Of a stretch of 64,000 nt of DNA, positions 12,671 through 28,865 are shown piece by piece. A program made the translations under genes and the position numbers. This DNA is from Octopus vulgaris (lineage: Eukaryota). The notes beneath the pieces were generated by a model. The model was not told the origin of the DNA and did no database searches. It worked only from the letters and a program-made list of their open reading frames with translations. The stretch lies in the NCBI GenBank assembly GCA_951406725.2, contig OX597823.1, positions 7,440,001-7,504,000 of the forward strand, in the 5' to 3' direction. Each line of letters opens with the position of its first letter. The first letter of the stretch is position 1.

Positions 12671-13059
12671 TATTTTATATAACTTTTAATTTTTTTTGTC
12701 ACTGTTTATGAATCGAGTGAAATCCCTTAAGTTTGTTCCATGCTGACAACGCATGGAACTCACACTCACATCAACACAGTGTCCAAATCATAGCAAATGG
12801 ATTTGTTGACAGGAAGAGAACGAAGCCCTTATTTTATATTCTTTTTCTTTTTTTTTTTTTTTGCCTCAGTCATTGGACCGCAGATATGCTGGAACGCCGT
12901 CTTGGCGGGGTTTAGTCGACCCAGGACTTATTTCTAAGGGCATACCCACACAGTTTTGTACCACCGACTTTGTTTTCTCATAATTCTGAGAAGACATACT
13001 TTTCAATGAAATGTTTTACAAATATCCTTGAAATGATGTAGTTAACGATTATATTGGAA

Positions 13060-13361
13060 CTAGCAGTATCGCCCGGCGTTGCTCGGGTTTGTAAGGGAAA
13101 TAACTATATAAGCATTTTTAGAGAGTTATAGCCAAAAAATAGCAAAAAAATGCATTAAAAATGGAAAAAAAATGATGGTAATTTTTTTTTTAATCGTAGA
13201 CTCATCGTAGACGCGCGCTAATACTCAGAAGGGCTCGATATGAATCACGACTATAAGATACCCGGTTTTGGTTAAACTGCACCGCAAAATGTGGGAGTAG
13301 TTAGGAATCTAAATCGTAGGAGACAGACACGACACAACCTCACTTTTATATATAAAGAAGA
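13060..13361 (-). mobile_element. Non-autonomous Helitron (same family as 12280-12670, opposite orientation)
   Basis: TC...CTAG termini on the minus strand; removing it restores GGAA|TATCTTGTG, which matches GGAATTTCTTGTG in the MITE near 31363. Confidence 0.85.
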
Positions 13362-13705
13362 TATCTTGTGAAAAAAAATTCGTGGAGCGGCGGGGAGAGG
13401 AGTTTCGAGTAATCCATAGAAATCGACTTCATAACTTCCAGAAAAACGGGTATTTCTGTAGTTAAATTTTCTACTAATAACTTTAAGATGGTGTACATTA
13501 CAATCAAATCGGAATTTAACGTGGAAAAATTAAGAACAGGGCGTGCAAAAATACACACTGATACACATCACACAAGTTTTACAAAATTTCAAGTTTCATT
13601 TTGTAGACAAATATGTGATGTGATGTGCGCGCTCACCGCTTTTTATTTTACATTTTTAGACATTAAATTTCGATGTAATCGTAACCCACACTACCTGAAA
13701 GGTAT

Positions 13706-14124
13706 ACTCTTTACTTGTTTCAGTCATTTGACTGTGGCCATGCTGGAGCACCGCTTTTAATCGAGCAATTCGACCCCGGGACTTATTCTTTTTTTTTTTT
13801 TGTAAGCCCTGTACTTATTCTATCGGTCTCTTTTGCCGAACCGCTAAGTAACGGGGACATAAACACACCAGCATCGGTTGTCAAGCAATGCTAGGGGGAC
13901 AAACACAGACACACAAACATATACACACATACATTTACATATATATATATATACATATATACGACAGGCTTCTTTCAGTTTCCGTCTACCAAATCCACTC
14001 ACAAGGCATTGGTCAGCCCGAGGCTATAGTAGAAGACATTTGCCCAAGATGCTACGCAGTGGGACTGAACCCGGAACCATGTGGTTGGTAAACAAGCTAC
14101 TTACCACACAGTCACTCCTGCGCC
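13706..14124 (-). mobile_element. SINE family B
   Basis: Full-length reverse complement of family B. Confidence 0.9.
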
Positions 14125-14419
14125 TGTAAAAAAATCTGCGCCTGTAAAAAAATTCATTAAAAATAATGATTTTTTTTCTGAAAGTTACGAAGAAACAAAG
14201 TTGGGTGTGGGCCACACACTTGTGTAAGTATGCAATAAGTTACTAGTACTTATTCTATCGTTCTCATACCAAAATGGTAAGTTACGGAGATGTAAACCAA
14301 CCACAACCTGTTGTCGAGCACCTGTGGGGCACCAACACCTACAGAAATACATACTTGCATACATTTGCGCAAGGAGCTTTCTGTGTCCGTCTACCAAATT
14401 CACTCTCATGACACTTTGT

Positions 14420-14714
14420 TCCTTCTCGAGCCATGTCTGGCTCATAAGGGCCGGTTTCCCGGTTTCTTTGGTGTATGGGTTCCCCACCTGGACGGGGCGC
14501 CGGTCCGTCGCAGGTGAACTGCAAGGTGTAGGAGGAAAGAGTGAGAGAAAGTTGTAGCGAAAGTGTCAGCAGAAGTTTGCCATTACCTTCTGCCGGAGCC
14601 GCGTGGAGCTTAGGTGTTTTGCTCATAAACACACACATCGCCTGGTCTGAGATTCGAACCCGCTATCCCTCGACCGTGAGTCAGCTGCTCTGACCACTAG
14701 GCCATGTGCCTCCA
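14420..14714 (-). mobile_element. tRNA-derived SINE, family C (GTGGAGGCRCA.TGGCC head)
   Basis: Minus-strand TGGCCTAGTGG box A and GGTTCGAATC box B; related copies near 41.5, 43.1 and 62.1 kb. Confidence 0.8.
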
Positions 14715-14939
14715 CTCATGACACTTACCCAAAGAGCAGCGCAGTGAGACTGAAGACGGTTGCAAACTAAGTTCCATAACTACTCGGTCATGCCTGCATG
14801 CGGTTTCGGGTTCAGTTTTACGGTGCAGTTTCTTGGCCAAGTAGCTTATACTATAGCTTGGACTGACCAGTACCTGGCGAGAGAATTTGATAGGGGGTGA
14901 ACTGCAAACCCGTCGTGTGTATGTGTAAGTGTATGTAAA

Positions 14940-15168
14940 GGCGGCGAGCTGGCAGAAACGTTAGCACGCCGGGCGAAATGCGTAGCCGTATTTAGTCTGC
15001 CGTTACGTTCTGGGTTCAAATTCCGCCGCGGTCGACTTTGCCTTTCATCCTTTCGGGGTCGATAAATTAAGTACCAGTTACGCACTGGGGGTCGATGTAA
15101 TCGACTTAATCCCTTTGTCTGTCCTTGTTTGTCCCCTCTGTGTTTAGCCCCTTGTGGGTAGCAAAGAG
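14940..15168 (+). mobile_element. SINE family A
   Basis: Near-consensus copy with CpGs intact. Confidence 0.88.
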
Positions 15169-16058
15169 ATATATAAGTGCATGTGTGTGTCTGTGTGTGT
15201 GTGCGAGTGTGTGTATATACTCACACGTGTGTTGAACGTGTTTGTGCGCGCACGCGCATATGAGATGTCCACGTGTGCAAAGTGTTCATTGCGTGTTTGT
15301 CCCTTTCTCTGAAAACAGTCAGTCACCCAGACATACGTGCAAACATGTCCGGATGATGAGAGAATAAGCACCCTGCTTGCAAACAGGTGGTAGTTGGCGA
15401 GAACAAAGCCATTCGGTGATAGCAAGTCTATCTTATCGGAATTCCGTCTGACTCATACAAACATAGGAAAGCGAGCACTTTCCCAGCCTTGCATGGAAAA
15501 GCGTATATATATATACATATATATATTTACATTTTCTATAGCACCATCTCAAATGAAAGTGATGACAATGCACATACATATATCAATTACGATTGCATAT
15601 AATATATATTATATCATATACCAATGTATATATATGGATGCATACATACATACATACATACATACATACAACTATATATTTAGTATTTATGCACACATGT
15701 ATGTATGTGTGCGTGTGTGTGTGTGTATGTATGTATGTATGTATGTATGTATGTATGTATGTATGTATGTATGTATGTATGTATGTATGTATGTATGTAT
15801 GTATGTATGTATGTATGTATGTATGTATGTATGTATGTATGTATATTCTTTCTTTTACGTTTTTATACGCTTCAGTCCAAAGGCTGCGACTATTCTGGGC
15901 ACCGTGAGTGTTATCACCATTTCAGTAGCCATATTTTTGTGATTGGCTTTTGGTGAATCATGGAGTTCGATGGTTCATTAGGGACCTTGGACATCAGGAG
16001 ATCGACTTGTATCTTGGATATATATAATGCATATTTCTTAGATATTATAGAATGTGTA

Positions 16059-16161
<103 letters not shown>

Positions 16162-16477
16162 CAAAGAGAGAGAGAGAGAGTTATATATATATTGTGTGTG
16201 CGTATATATATATATACATACATTGTATATACATATATATATATATTGTGTATATATATATATATTGCATATATATATATTGTATATATATGTATATATA
16301 TATTATATATATGTAATTATACATATATATATATATATATATATAACATATACATATTATATTATATATATTATGTATGTATGTGTATGTATAGTTAGAT
16401 AGATACATAGATAGATAGATACAAAGAGAGAGAGAGACAGAGACAGCCTATATATAGTTATATATATACTGTGTGTT

Positions 16478-16510
<33 letters not shown>

Positions 16511-17257
16511 ATATTCTATATATATATATTGCATATATATATATATATTGTATATATATTATATATATGTAATGGATACATATGTATATATATATATATT
16601 ATATTATACATATATTAAGTATGTATGTATAGATAGATAGATAGATACATACATACATACATACATACATACATACATACATACATAATATATACTTAGT
16701 ATTCTATACCGATGTTTATAGATACATGCACCCATGTACAAATACATTTATATTTGTGCGCACGCGTATGTATATATATATACACACACACGCGCGCGCG
16801 CTACGGACTGGGTCTAAAAATATTGATTGCCAGGACACTAAGGGCGCCCACCCACAACTACAATGCTATCATTTAATTCTTAGTTTCTTTTTTGTTAAAA
16901 GTATTCTTTTCAACTGTCTACAAACACACAAACACAGCCAGGCTGAAATAATTCATGCATTCTTCCAGGAGTGAATAAAAAATTATCAAACTTGAGGGAA
17001 TGGGCCCCTTAGATACTAACATGAGCCCACTTGCCATCGGGCAAGCTGGCAAGCTGACCAGTCCGCCACTGCATATATATATATATATATATATATAAAG
17101 TTTTTAGTTTTCAATTACTTCGAAAATTGCTATAAAATTGTGGTTTTGGTCGTGTTGGCTGCTATTTCTAGCATGTAAAAATTACCTGTTAAAGGGTAAT
17201 TTTCTTTTGTGTTTAAATGCACACTATTTTAATATATATATATACATACACACATAC

Positions 17258-17322
<65 letters not shown>

Positions 17323-17502
17323 AAATGGGACAAGAACGCAAAACATCAGACGACTAGGTGATACAAAAAGGAACAAAAAACATCCAGATAGACGATATAA
17401 AGAAAACAAGGACGGGTCATTCGAAGCCCTCTATCCTCAGTCAAGCACCAGATTATCCTCGCAATTTCGGCTGATTATACATATATGGAAATAAACTACC
17501 TC

Positions 17503-17548
<46 letters not shown>

Positions 17549-17628
17549 TCTTGATCACAACTGCCCGACGAACGGGACAGTGAAAGTCTGAGTAGCAGTT
17601 CTGAGGTTTTTGCAGCTTTAAAAAACAC

Positions 17629-17691
<63 letters not shown>

Positions 17692-17692
<1 letters not shown>

Positions 17693-17851
17693 GCGCAGGA
17701 GTGGCTGTGTGGTAAGTAGCTTCCTTACCAACCACATGGTTCCGGGTTCATTCCCATTGCGTGGCATCTTGGGCAAGTGTCTTCTGCTATAACCTCGGGC
17801 CGACCAGTGGATTTGGTAGACGGAAACTGAAAGAAGCCTGTCGTATATGTG

Positions 17852-17892
<41 letters not shown>

Positions 17893-18057
17893 ATATGTTT
17901 GTGTGTCTGTATTTGTCCCCCTAGCATTGCTTGACAACCGATAGAATAAGTACTGGGCTTACAAAGAATAAGTCCCGGGGTCGATTTGCTCGACTAAAGG
18001 CGGTGCTCCAGCATGGCCGCAGTCAAATGACTGAAACAAGTAAAAGAGTAAAAGAGT
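17692..18057 (+). mobile_element. SINE family B (with internal deletions)
   Basis: GGCGCAGGAGTGGCTGTGTGG head through to the AAAGAGTA tail. Confidence 0.88.
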
Positions 18058-18060
18058 ATA

Positions 18061-18130
<70 letters not shown>

Positions 18131-18132
18131 TG

Positions 18133-18435
18133 AAGGCACATAGCTTCGTGGTTAGGATGTGTAGCACTCACGAATGCGAGATAGTTGGTTCGATTCCCAG
18201 AACGGGCGTTGCGTTGCGTTGCGTTCCTGAGCAAAGCACTTCATTTCTCGTTGCTCTGCGGTCATTTCGTCATCTGGCACGTGGCACCCAGTTGCACCTG
18301 TACAGGTAATGCCGATTTGATGGAGGGATTGAGCTTATGTAAACGCAAGCATTTGATCACTATAAACGAATCCTCTTGTGGTTGTTCGGCAAGAAACTGC
18401 CGGACCCTCATACGTCGTCTAACGGCAGGAGAGTC
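18133..18435 (+). mobile_element. tRNA-derived CORE-like SINE of another family
   Basis: GGTTCGATTCC box B followed by CCTGAGCAAAGCACTTCATTTC; related to the minus-strand copy at about 49210-49452. Confidence 0.65.
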
Positions 18436-19434
18436 CATGATATGTGTGTGTGTGTGTGTTTGTGTGTGAGTGTGTGTGTGTTTGTGTGAGTGCGTGTGCG
18501 TGCGTGTGTGTGTGTGTATGTATCTATAGATCTATGATTGCATATAAACCTTTGTGTATGTGTGTATATATAAACATACATAACCGCTTATATGCAATCA
18601 TAGATCTACACACACACTCACAAGCACACACACATATATGCACTACATAAATATTTACAAATATATATACATATATAGATGTAGTACATATATATATACA
18701 CAAATATATATACATTTCTTTATATATAATACATTCATAAATACATAATCTACATATATTAAACATATCCACATATATTTATATATATATGTTTTTTTTA
18801 ATTTTCTCCTGGTTTACGGAATTAATGTTGATTTGCGGTTGAAGCCTTGGCTGTTATTTCTAGTGGGTGAATGGCCTATTATGGCCGTTCCTTGATTTTG
18901 CTGCTATATACAATTATATGTATATACATATAAATATACATATACATATATATATTCATCTGTTTACATATGTATTCATATGTATGTATCTATATATATG
19001 TGTATACATATAATTGTATATATGTATGAATATATATGTATATAAATGTTTATCTATGGAGATATATATATATATATATAAATTTACTATATATATATAT
19101 TTATAAATTTACCATATATATATATCCATAAATAAACATTTATATGCATATATATTCATACATATACATGCATATAATTATATATATATATGCGTGCATG
19201 TATATGCACTTTGGGATAGATTTTGTTCGATTAAACACTTCAAGGCTGTATCACAGCATGGCCGCATTCCAATGAGTGAAATAAGAGACAAATGTTTAAT
19301 ATGTATACATATGTGTATATATGTACATATTTGTAAACATTGATGTGTTTATGTATGTATGCATGTATGTTTATATGTATGTGTCTGTCTGTCTGTCTAT
19401 CTATCTATATATCTACCTATCTATCTATCTATTA

Positions 19435-19484
<50 letters not shown>

Positions 19485-19547
19485 CCTATGATATATAGAT
19501 ACATATATAGGAGAGAGAAAGAGATATTATAAATGTATATAAACAAG

Positions 19548-19698
19548 GCGTAGGAGTGGCTGTGTGGTAAGAAACTTGCTTAACAACCACATGGTTCCGG
19601 GTTCAGTCCCACTACGTGGCACTTGAGCAAACGTCTTCTACTATATCCTTGTGCGGTGGATTTGGTAGACGGAAACTGAAAGAAGCCCATCGTATATA

Positions 19699-19767
<69 letters not shown>

Positions 19768-19962
19768 GTGTCTGTGTTTGGCCCCTCACCATCGTTTGAG
19801 AACCGATGTTCATGTATTTGCGTCCCCGTAACTTGGCGGTTCGGCAAGAGTAACCGATAGGATAAGTACTAGTCTTACAGGGAATAAGTCCTGGGGTTAA
19901 TTTGTTCGACTAAAGGCGGTGCTCCATCATGGCCGCAGTCAAATGACTGAAATGAATAAAGG
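19548..19962 (+). mobile_element. SINE family B
   Basis: Head, internal (GA)n tract and tail. Confidence 0.87.
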
Positions 19963-20189
19963 AATACATACAAACACACATACACACACACATACATGCA
20001 TACACACATACACATACATACACATACACACACATACACACACGCATACACACATGCATACATACATACACACATACACATACACACACACATACATACA
20101 TACATACACACACACATACACACATACATACATACATACATACATACATACATACATACATACATACATACATACATACATACATACAT

Positions 20190-20222
<33 letters not shown>

Positions 20223-20940
20223 TACACACATACATACATACATACATACATACATACATGCATGCATGCATGCATACATACATACATACATACATACATA
20301 CAAACATACATACATACATACATACAAATACACATACATACATACATACACACACACATACATACATACACACATACATACATACATACAAATACACATA
20401 CATACACACATACATACATACATACATACATACATACACACATACATACATACATACACACACACATACATACATACATGCATGCATGCATACATACATA
20501 CATACATACATACACACACACATACACACATACATAATACATACATACATACATACATACATGCATGCATGCATGCATACATACATACATACATACAAAC
20601 ATACATACATACATACATACATACATACACACATACATACATACATACACACACACATACATACATACACACATACATACATACATAGAAATACACATAC
20701 ATACACACATACATACATACATACACACATACATACATACATACACACACACATACATACATACACACATACATACACACATACATACATACATACAAAT
20801 ACATACATACACACACACACAGATACATACATACATACATACATACATACACACACACATACACACATACATACATACATACATACATACACCAACATAC
20901 ACACACACACACATACATAATACATACATACATACATACA
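19963..20940. repeat. About 1 kb (CATA)n/(CA)n compound microsatellite
   Basis: Direct reading; source of the spurious 330-360 aa ORFs. Confidence 0.95.
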
Positions 20941-21147
20941 TATGTGTGACTTTGTTTCCTCACCGCTTGTCCATTGGTGTTAGTTCATTCACGTCCCCAT
21001 AACTTAGCGGTTCGGTAAACTGAACTAAAGGAATAAGTACCAATCTTTATAGAGTAAGGCCTGGAATGGATTTTGTTCGATGAAACACTTCAAGGTGTCC
21101 CACGACTGAAACAAGAGACAAAGGTTTAATATATTTTCTTTAATTCT

Positions 21148-21369
21148 ATTACTTGCTTCAGTCATTTGACTGCGACCATGCTGGAGCACCGCCTTTAGTC
21201 GAGCAAATCGAGCCCAGGACTTATTCTTTGGAAGCCTAGTATTTACTCTATAGGTATCCTTTGCCGAACCGCTAAGTTATGGGGGACGTTAACGCACCAG
21301 CATCGGTTGTCAAGCGATGTTGGGGGTACAAACTCACACACACAAACATATACATACATACATACATAC

Positions 21370-21434
<65 letters not shown>

Positions 21435-21596
21435 TGTGTGAGCATACAATATATACGACGGGCTTCTTTCAGTTTCCATCTTCCAAATTCATTCACAAGG
21501 CTTTGGTCAGTCCGAGGCTATAGTAGAAGACACTTGGCCCAAGGTGCCAAGCAGCGGGACTGAACCCGGAACCATGTGGTTGGTAAGCAAGCTACT
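21148..21596 (-). mobile_element. SINE family B
   Basis: Reverse complement of family B. Confidence 0.87.
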
Positions 21597-21775
21597 CCTA
21601 CGTGTGAATGTGTGTGCGTGCGTGCGTGCATGAGTGCGTGTGTGCATGTGTATGTATACACGCACAGCACACAGACCCTCCTAAGAAATCGTTGTCCCTG
21701 AACAAACACGTTTCCTTTTGTTGTTATCTATTGATACCTTCGTCAGTCTATCTTTCTATCAAGCTATTTTCTTAG

Positions 21776-21826
<51 letters not shown>

Positions 21827-22088
21827 CACGCACACACACAGACGCACACACAAGCACACACACACACATACACATATATGCACGTGTGCGCATCACATAT
21901 TCGCACGCGTGAAAATTATACTTCATTTACATATATTGCCTTTTAGAATGGATAATACGATGGTGTTTTGTTTTAACTATTGTATCTTCGTGCATGTGTG
22001 TGTGTGTGTGTGTGTGTGTGCATATATATAAGTACACAGATAGATTGACAGATAGATAGGTAGACAGGTAGGTAGAAAGGTAGAAAGG

Positions 22089-22204
<116 letters not shown>

Positions 22205-22307
22205 CAGGTAGATGGATGGATGGATGGATGGATAGATAAAGTAATGGTTGAGATATTGGGATATATTCGTCAGTTATATGTATACACACACGTATATACA
22301 CATACAA

Positions 22308-22382
<75 letters not shown>

Positions 22383-22937
22383 CACCTATGTGTGCTCCAG
22401 CATGGCCACAGCCGCACGGCTGAAACGACCAAAAGAGTAAAAGTGTGTGTGCGTATGTGTGTATGTGTGTGCGCGTGCATATATGTGTATATACGCACAC
22501 AAACACACACACACACACACATACTGCAGTCGGCGGTGTAATTACGTTTACATATACACTTATTAGCAATTAAAATATTATTTGGAATATTTCTAATACA
22601 TAACTTTTAAAAATTTTTCTTCGCTCCGTTTCCCAGTATAGAGTTTGCATAAACCCAGTATCCCCTACAGTCCCACTCTTTATTCACATTTTCTATTACA
22701 AATGATCAATTTGCGATCTAAAACTTATGGTAATATTTAGTTTAGCAAGAAAAATGCTATAATAACAGTGTAAGACTGTAGGAGAAAATAGAATCGCTTT
22801 TCATCTTTTAGTATGTATCAATTAGTGAATGACATAAAAATTATGGATAAAAATGTTATCTCTCTTTTCAGACATGTTGTACATATGTTGCTAATATATA
22901 AATAACTCTCTCTCTCTCTCTCTCCCACTTTTTCTCA

Positions 22938-23035
<98 letters not shown>

Positions 23036-23036
23036 A

Positions 23037-23099
<63 letters not shown>

Positions 23100-23177
23100 T
23101 TGTCTGTCTGTCTATCTATCTATTTGTCTGTCTGTCTGTCTATCTATCTATTTGTCTGTCTGTCTGTCTATCTATCT

Positions 23178-23219
<42 letters not shown>

Positions 23220-23222
23220 GTA

Positions 23223-23259
<37 letters not shown>

Positions 23260-23360
23260 GTCTGTCTGTCTGTCTGTCTGTCTATTTATCTATCTGCCTA
23301 CTTACCAATGTATGTATGTATGTATGTATGTATGTATGTATGTATGTATGTATGTATAAG
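22938..23360. repeat. (CTAT)n/(CTGT)n/(GTAT)n microsatellite
   Basis: Direct reading. Confidence 0.95.
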
Positions 23361-23925
23361 TGCATGCATGTATGTAACTATATCTTTCTACGTATGTGTG
23401 TATTTATGTATGTACGTATTACCTACCTACCTAACTCCCCACATACCTACCTACCTACCTACCACCTGCCTACCCCTTCCCACCCTCCCTCTCTCCCTCC
23501 CTCCCTCCCTACCTACGTATGGATGCATGCATGCATGTATGTATCTGTCTATCCATTTATAGACACACACACACACACATGGAGCTATGTCTTTATTTTT
23601 ATAGAAATATATGCAGTCTTTTTAAGAATAATGATGTGTTAAAGATTTATATACACACTCAGTAATATATACGGCTATATAATGTGTGTTTGTGTATTTG
23701 CACGTGTACATAATTACGTCGGTGCGCGCTTACACGTATGTGGGTGTGTATTTATATTTTTTAATCATTCCTTGTATTTCACAAATATCAACAATATTTA
23801 TAAACTAAGGTAATTACATATGTAAAGATATTTGCTTTAGTTTTTTTTTTTACTGCATATACATGCACACTCATGCACATACGTACATACATATACACGT
23901 ACATATATTTATATATATAAATATA

Positions 23926-23974
<49 letters not shown>

Positions 23975-24383
23975 CTTTAGAAATAGAATTTGCACAGATT
24001 TCATTTAGTTTTCTTTATAAATTTATTAACAAGAACAGATATGTTGGTCTGTGTGTTGTCTGCATATTACCTCTGTATTCCAAAGGGTAAAATAGTTTTG
24101 CTTATTATTTTTTTTATTTTGTTTTTGCTTTTTATAAAGTAAAATATGTGTAAAACTAAAAATTTTCCCCTAGTAAAATATTAATAATATAATTAATTCT
24201 GTAATTTTGTTTTATTCTGATAAATAAATCTGCTGAAAGTTACCTGAGAATTTTGTTTACAACTTTCTCAAAATCTCAAACTATTTAAATAAATTTTAAA
24301 TTGACTGTTTTTGTTTTATCTACAGAAATAGTTATTTAAAACAAATAACAACAACAACAACAACAATAATAATGATAATGATG

Positions 24384-24429
<46 letters not shown>

Positions 24430-26522
24430 TAATAAAAATAATAATGAAGGACTTATGAAATAAGCTAAATATTCAAGATTTTCTGTTTCTTTTCAATTTA
24501 CATATTTGTCCTTTTTTAAAAAAAAAATCTTAATATTTCCACTGAGTAACTTGCACCATAATTAATAAATTTATACTGATGAGCCGTATGCCATCAATAT
24601 TTAGAAAAAAAATCTTTCACACCAAAGATATTTTCAAAATGTCACAGAGAAGAGTTAATTCTATTTTATTATAGGTAAGAATACTAACAAAAGTTTTTTT
24701 TTTCACCTGAGAAATATAGCAATATCGTTCAAGCTCCCTAAATGCATAAAGATGTTAAATACATGTTTAACATTCACAATTAAGAAACTTTCTTCTTGAA
24801 ATTAACCAATTCTTATTATCACTTTCCCTCAAAATATACCATAAAAAAACTAGGTTGCAAGCAGTTACACAACTGTAAGGTATTTGACAAATGAAAGCTA
24901 CACATCCATGAATTTAACCCTTTTATAACTCTGTTAGCACAAACTTTACTATTCAGTTAATTTTCAAAATAATCAAGAATTTTGGAAGGGTTTCGTTAAA
25001 ATACTTTGTATTTATCTAGTGATGTATTAAGTTGGTATTTGAAACACACAGAACACAAAGTTCTTGAATACAATTTTGATGGAGCCCCCTAAAAACCTCA
25101 CACTCTTCATCACTCATTTAATTACAAGGCTTTTGAGGTGATTCTAATTTAAATATGAACAGGTGGTTTCAAGCAGATTAATAGCTGTATGATTAATGGC
25201 TGTATGATTAAGAAGTCACTTAACAATTCTGGGATTTGGGGCTTGATTCTACTTTGCAACACTTTGAGCAAGTGTCTTCTGCTATAACTTCAGCGTTACC
25301 AAAGCCTTTTTCAATGAAATTTGGTAGATGTTACCATTTTGATAGTATTTTCTCCATTTCAAAGGCAAAACATGTCTATTCTTTTTAAAAGAATTATAAA
25401 GTAAACAAAGTAAAATTTGCTCATATTCTAGTTTTAAAGTCTCTCACACACACACACACAATGCACATAAACTGCGTTTTTGCTTAACTCTGTCACTCAG
25501 TTTGACACCTTCCATGACCTTTGAACTTTCCCTTCTCTTCTTCCGACAAGTCTTGATGACCCTTGAATAAAGTCATGAATATTATCTTTAAACCACTTCT
25601 GACTATGTTTATAAAATTATGCATCAATGTTTTTGGTACACGCTGTCTTAGCCATCTCGATACAGATAAGATTAAAAATGCCATACGTGAAGCACCTTAT
25701 TCTGTTGCCGTTTATCATTGAATCATTGATATTATGTAAAATATGAAATTGTAAAGCAAATGTATCAGTACTTCACCAACTTAACAACCATTTAGAACTA
25801 CTAACTGGCAAAATATGTATAAGTGCTAAACAATTATTCTGACAGAAATTTCACCTTTTGTCTGTTCATATTTTGATATTACATTATAAATATCTTATTA
25901 ATTGTATATCTGAGAAACATTAGAAATACTATAAATTATTAATTAAGAATTATTGCTACTATTTGTGTGCGAAATATTTACTTCATCATTGATTCATATT
26001 CCGTTATGAAATTTCTGCTGTGAAAAATGTTGATCATAGAATTATTAAAGAAAAGCATTTTATTTATTAATATTTATTTCAATACATAAAATGGTGAGCT
26101 GAGAGAATCATTAGCATGCTAGCAAAGCATTTAGTGGATCTTCGCTCATCTTTATGCTCTTGCCTTTTATCCTTTTGGGTCGATAAATTAAGTACCAGTT
26201 GAACGCTGAGGTCAATGTAATCGACTTACCTAGCTGCCCGAAATTACTGGCCTTGTGCCTAAATTTGAAACCAATATTATATTTCAATACTACTACACTT
26301 ATTCTCTTGACAAATGAAAGAAATAAATATAAACTTTAAACTAACTCAGAGTAACATTAAAAGATGTAATTTTTTTTTATTATCTAGTGATTATTTTATC
26401 AAATGATAAATGAATAAAATGTTTTTGAACTTTTCTCACTTTTGATACTCTTTCAGTCTGGCCCTAAAATGCCCACCAATTAACCATAGCAGAAGGTAGA
26501 AATATATATTAATTCATACATA

Positions 26523-26562
<40 letters not shown>

Positions 26563-26674
26563 CATATATAAATATATAAATACATATATATATATATATA
26601 TATATATTTTATTTTATAGAAGGAGCTTCTACAGGACTAGAATTTACTGTGGTTAACCCCGACTCAAACTGGGA

Positions 26675-26722
<48 letters not shown>

Positions 26723-26955
26723 AATACACACATACATACATATATACATATGTATGTATGTGCGCGTGCGTGAGTGTGTAGGTTTGTTGATGCAAAAGAG
26801 AAAACAGAACTCCAAAAGCAAGTGTATATATACTTGTTTTTATTACTAATAATCAACAGAGTTACTTAAGAAGCAAGAGTTTTGTGCACGAATGCACGAA
26901 ACTTCTGGCCCTTGAGTCACTCAGTAACTTCTGCAGATTATTAATAATAAATATG

Positions 26956-27006
<51 letters not shown>

Positions 27007-27122
27007 AATGTATATATGTATATATATAAATGTATATATATATATATATGTATATCATAATCATCATCATCATTTAGCGTCCGTTTTCCATGCAAGTATA
27101 TATATATGTATATATATATGCA

Positions 27123-27186
<64 letters not shown>

Positions 27187-27934
27187 TATATATATATATA
27201 TATATATGATAGATATACATACATACGTTTGCATATGTGCATATGTGCATATTGTTCCTAGTCTCCGGAGAATTCTACTTTGGATATTGTAGGGAAAGAA
27301 GCAAAATTCATATATTGATTTTTTTTTTTTTTTTCAATGTCAACATAAGAGAAAGAATTAGATCTCGTAAGAATAAAACATTCCATCTGACAGGCACATC
27401 CCATCCCCTTGTGAGTTTAACAAGCTAAGGAAAAATGCCGACTAAGAGATTGAAAGCAAGTCCAGTAAGAACGGTGTTTAAAATTGTTACTTTTGTGAGG
27501 GTGGAGATAAAGGGGAGATCAACAAGTTTGATGTTGTAGGTGACAGATTTCTAGGTAAAAATGAAATGAGTGTTACGTCTTGTGTGTTGCAACTATATGA
27601 CAGATAGAGAGAAATCTGCCAAGGCATAGAGTGGGAAATACATTGCATATGAAGTAGCTGTCACTTCCCTTATCATTTATTTAAGCAATAGGATGGACAA
27701 CTATTACAAACCCTTAAAAATTGCTAAAAACACTTGTTTTATGTATTGTTTTTTTTTTTTTTTGTTTGTTTTTTAAAGATGTCTCTGTAATCTTAGTGGT
27801 TAAAGTTTTAATATGCAGGATTGAAAAATAGTCCTTCTTCAATTTTATATTGTTCTTTATTTACAATTAACAGTGTGCAGTGTGTGCATGTATGCGTGTA
27901 TGTGTGTGCACGCAGGTTTGTATATGCATGCGAT

Positions 27935-27987
<53 letters not shown>

Positions 27988-28478
27988 AATGCAACTCAGA
28001 GTAATGGGATGGAAAACTTCCAAGTTTCTTGAATGAATAAATAAAATGTGTTGACAAATAAACTCCTAAATGTCTGGAAAATATAAAAAAACACCCAATA
28101 AATCGACGACCACAGTTCAACACCATATTTCCATCTTTGACTATCGATCTGTCTCTCTGTCTTTATATGTGTTTATCTCCCTCCCTATTTGTCTGTCTGT
28201 TAGTCCTCTGTTCCTTCATTTCCATTGTATTAAATTATACATTTTGTTTTAATGTTCCCAATTTTACCTTTAACGACTCATATTACCAGCATGTCAGACA
28301 AAATGTTTAGCTGCATTTCTTCCAGTTCTTTGTAATCTGAGTTCAAATTTCACTGGGGCCAACTTTGCCTTTCATCCTCTCAGGGTCGGTGAAATAAGTA
28401 TCAAGTGAGCTCTGCAGTTGATGTAATCAAGTGGCCCCATCCTACAAAATTTCAGGCCTTGGGTTTATAGTAAAAAGG

Positions 28479-28544
<66 letters not shown>

Positions 28545-28806
28545 ACTACTACTACTGCTACTACTGCTGCTGCTGCTTCCAAAGTTCAAATTTTGCTAAG
28601 ATCAACTTTGCCCCTTATCCTTCCTGATATAATCAATTATATCCTCCCCCACCCCACCACCCCAAATTTTCTGACCGAGTGCCTATGTTAAAAATATATT
28701 AGCAACAGATTGCAGAATCATTAGCCATTAGTGTTTTGTTTTATTCTTAATATTCTGAGTTTAAGTTTATCTTTCATCACACGAGGTGTATATACCATAC
28801 ATACCC

Positions 28807-28865
<59 letters not shown>

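Larger units (their letters stand above)
12939..14233. mobile_element. Long-TIR MITE carrying a nested Helitron and SINE
   Basis: GGCATACCCACAC ... GTGTAAGTATGC termini; homologous to 31227-31815 once the inserts are removed. Confidence 0.65.

Noticed and set aside
19875-21002. Long ORFs of 230-362 aa, and similar ones at 302-937, 37486-38144 and 58893-59492
   Set aside because: Translations of stop-free microsatellites (YVCM, HTYI, poly-I/L/N); no coding signal.
25493-25725. Short ORFs in unique sequence (63 aa on minus, 38 aa on plus)
   Set aside because: No recognisable domain or convincing splice sites; cannot be supported without RNA-seq.
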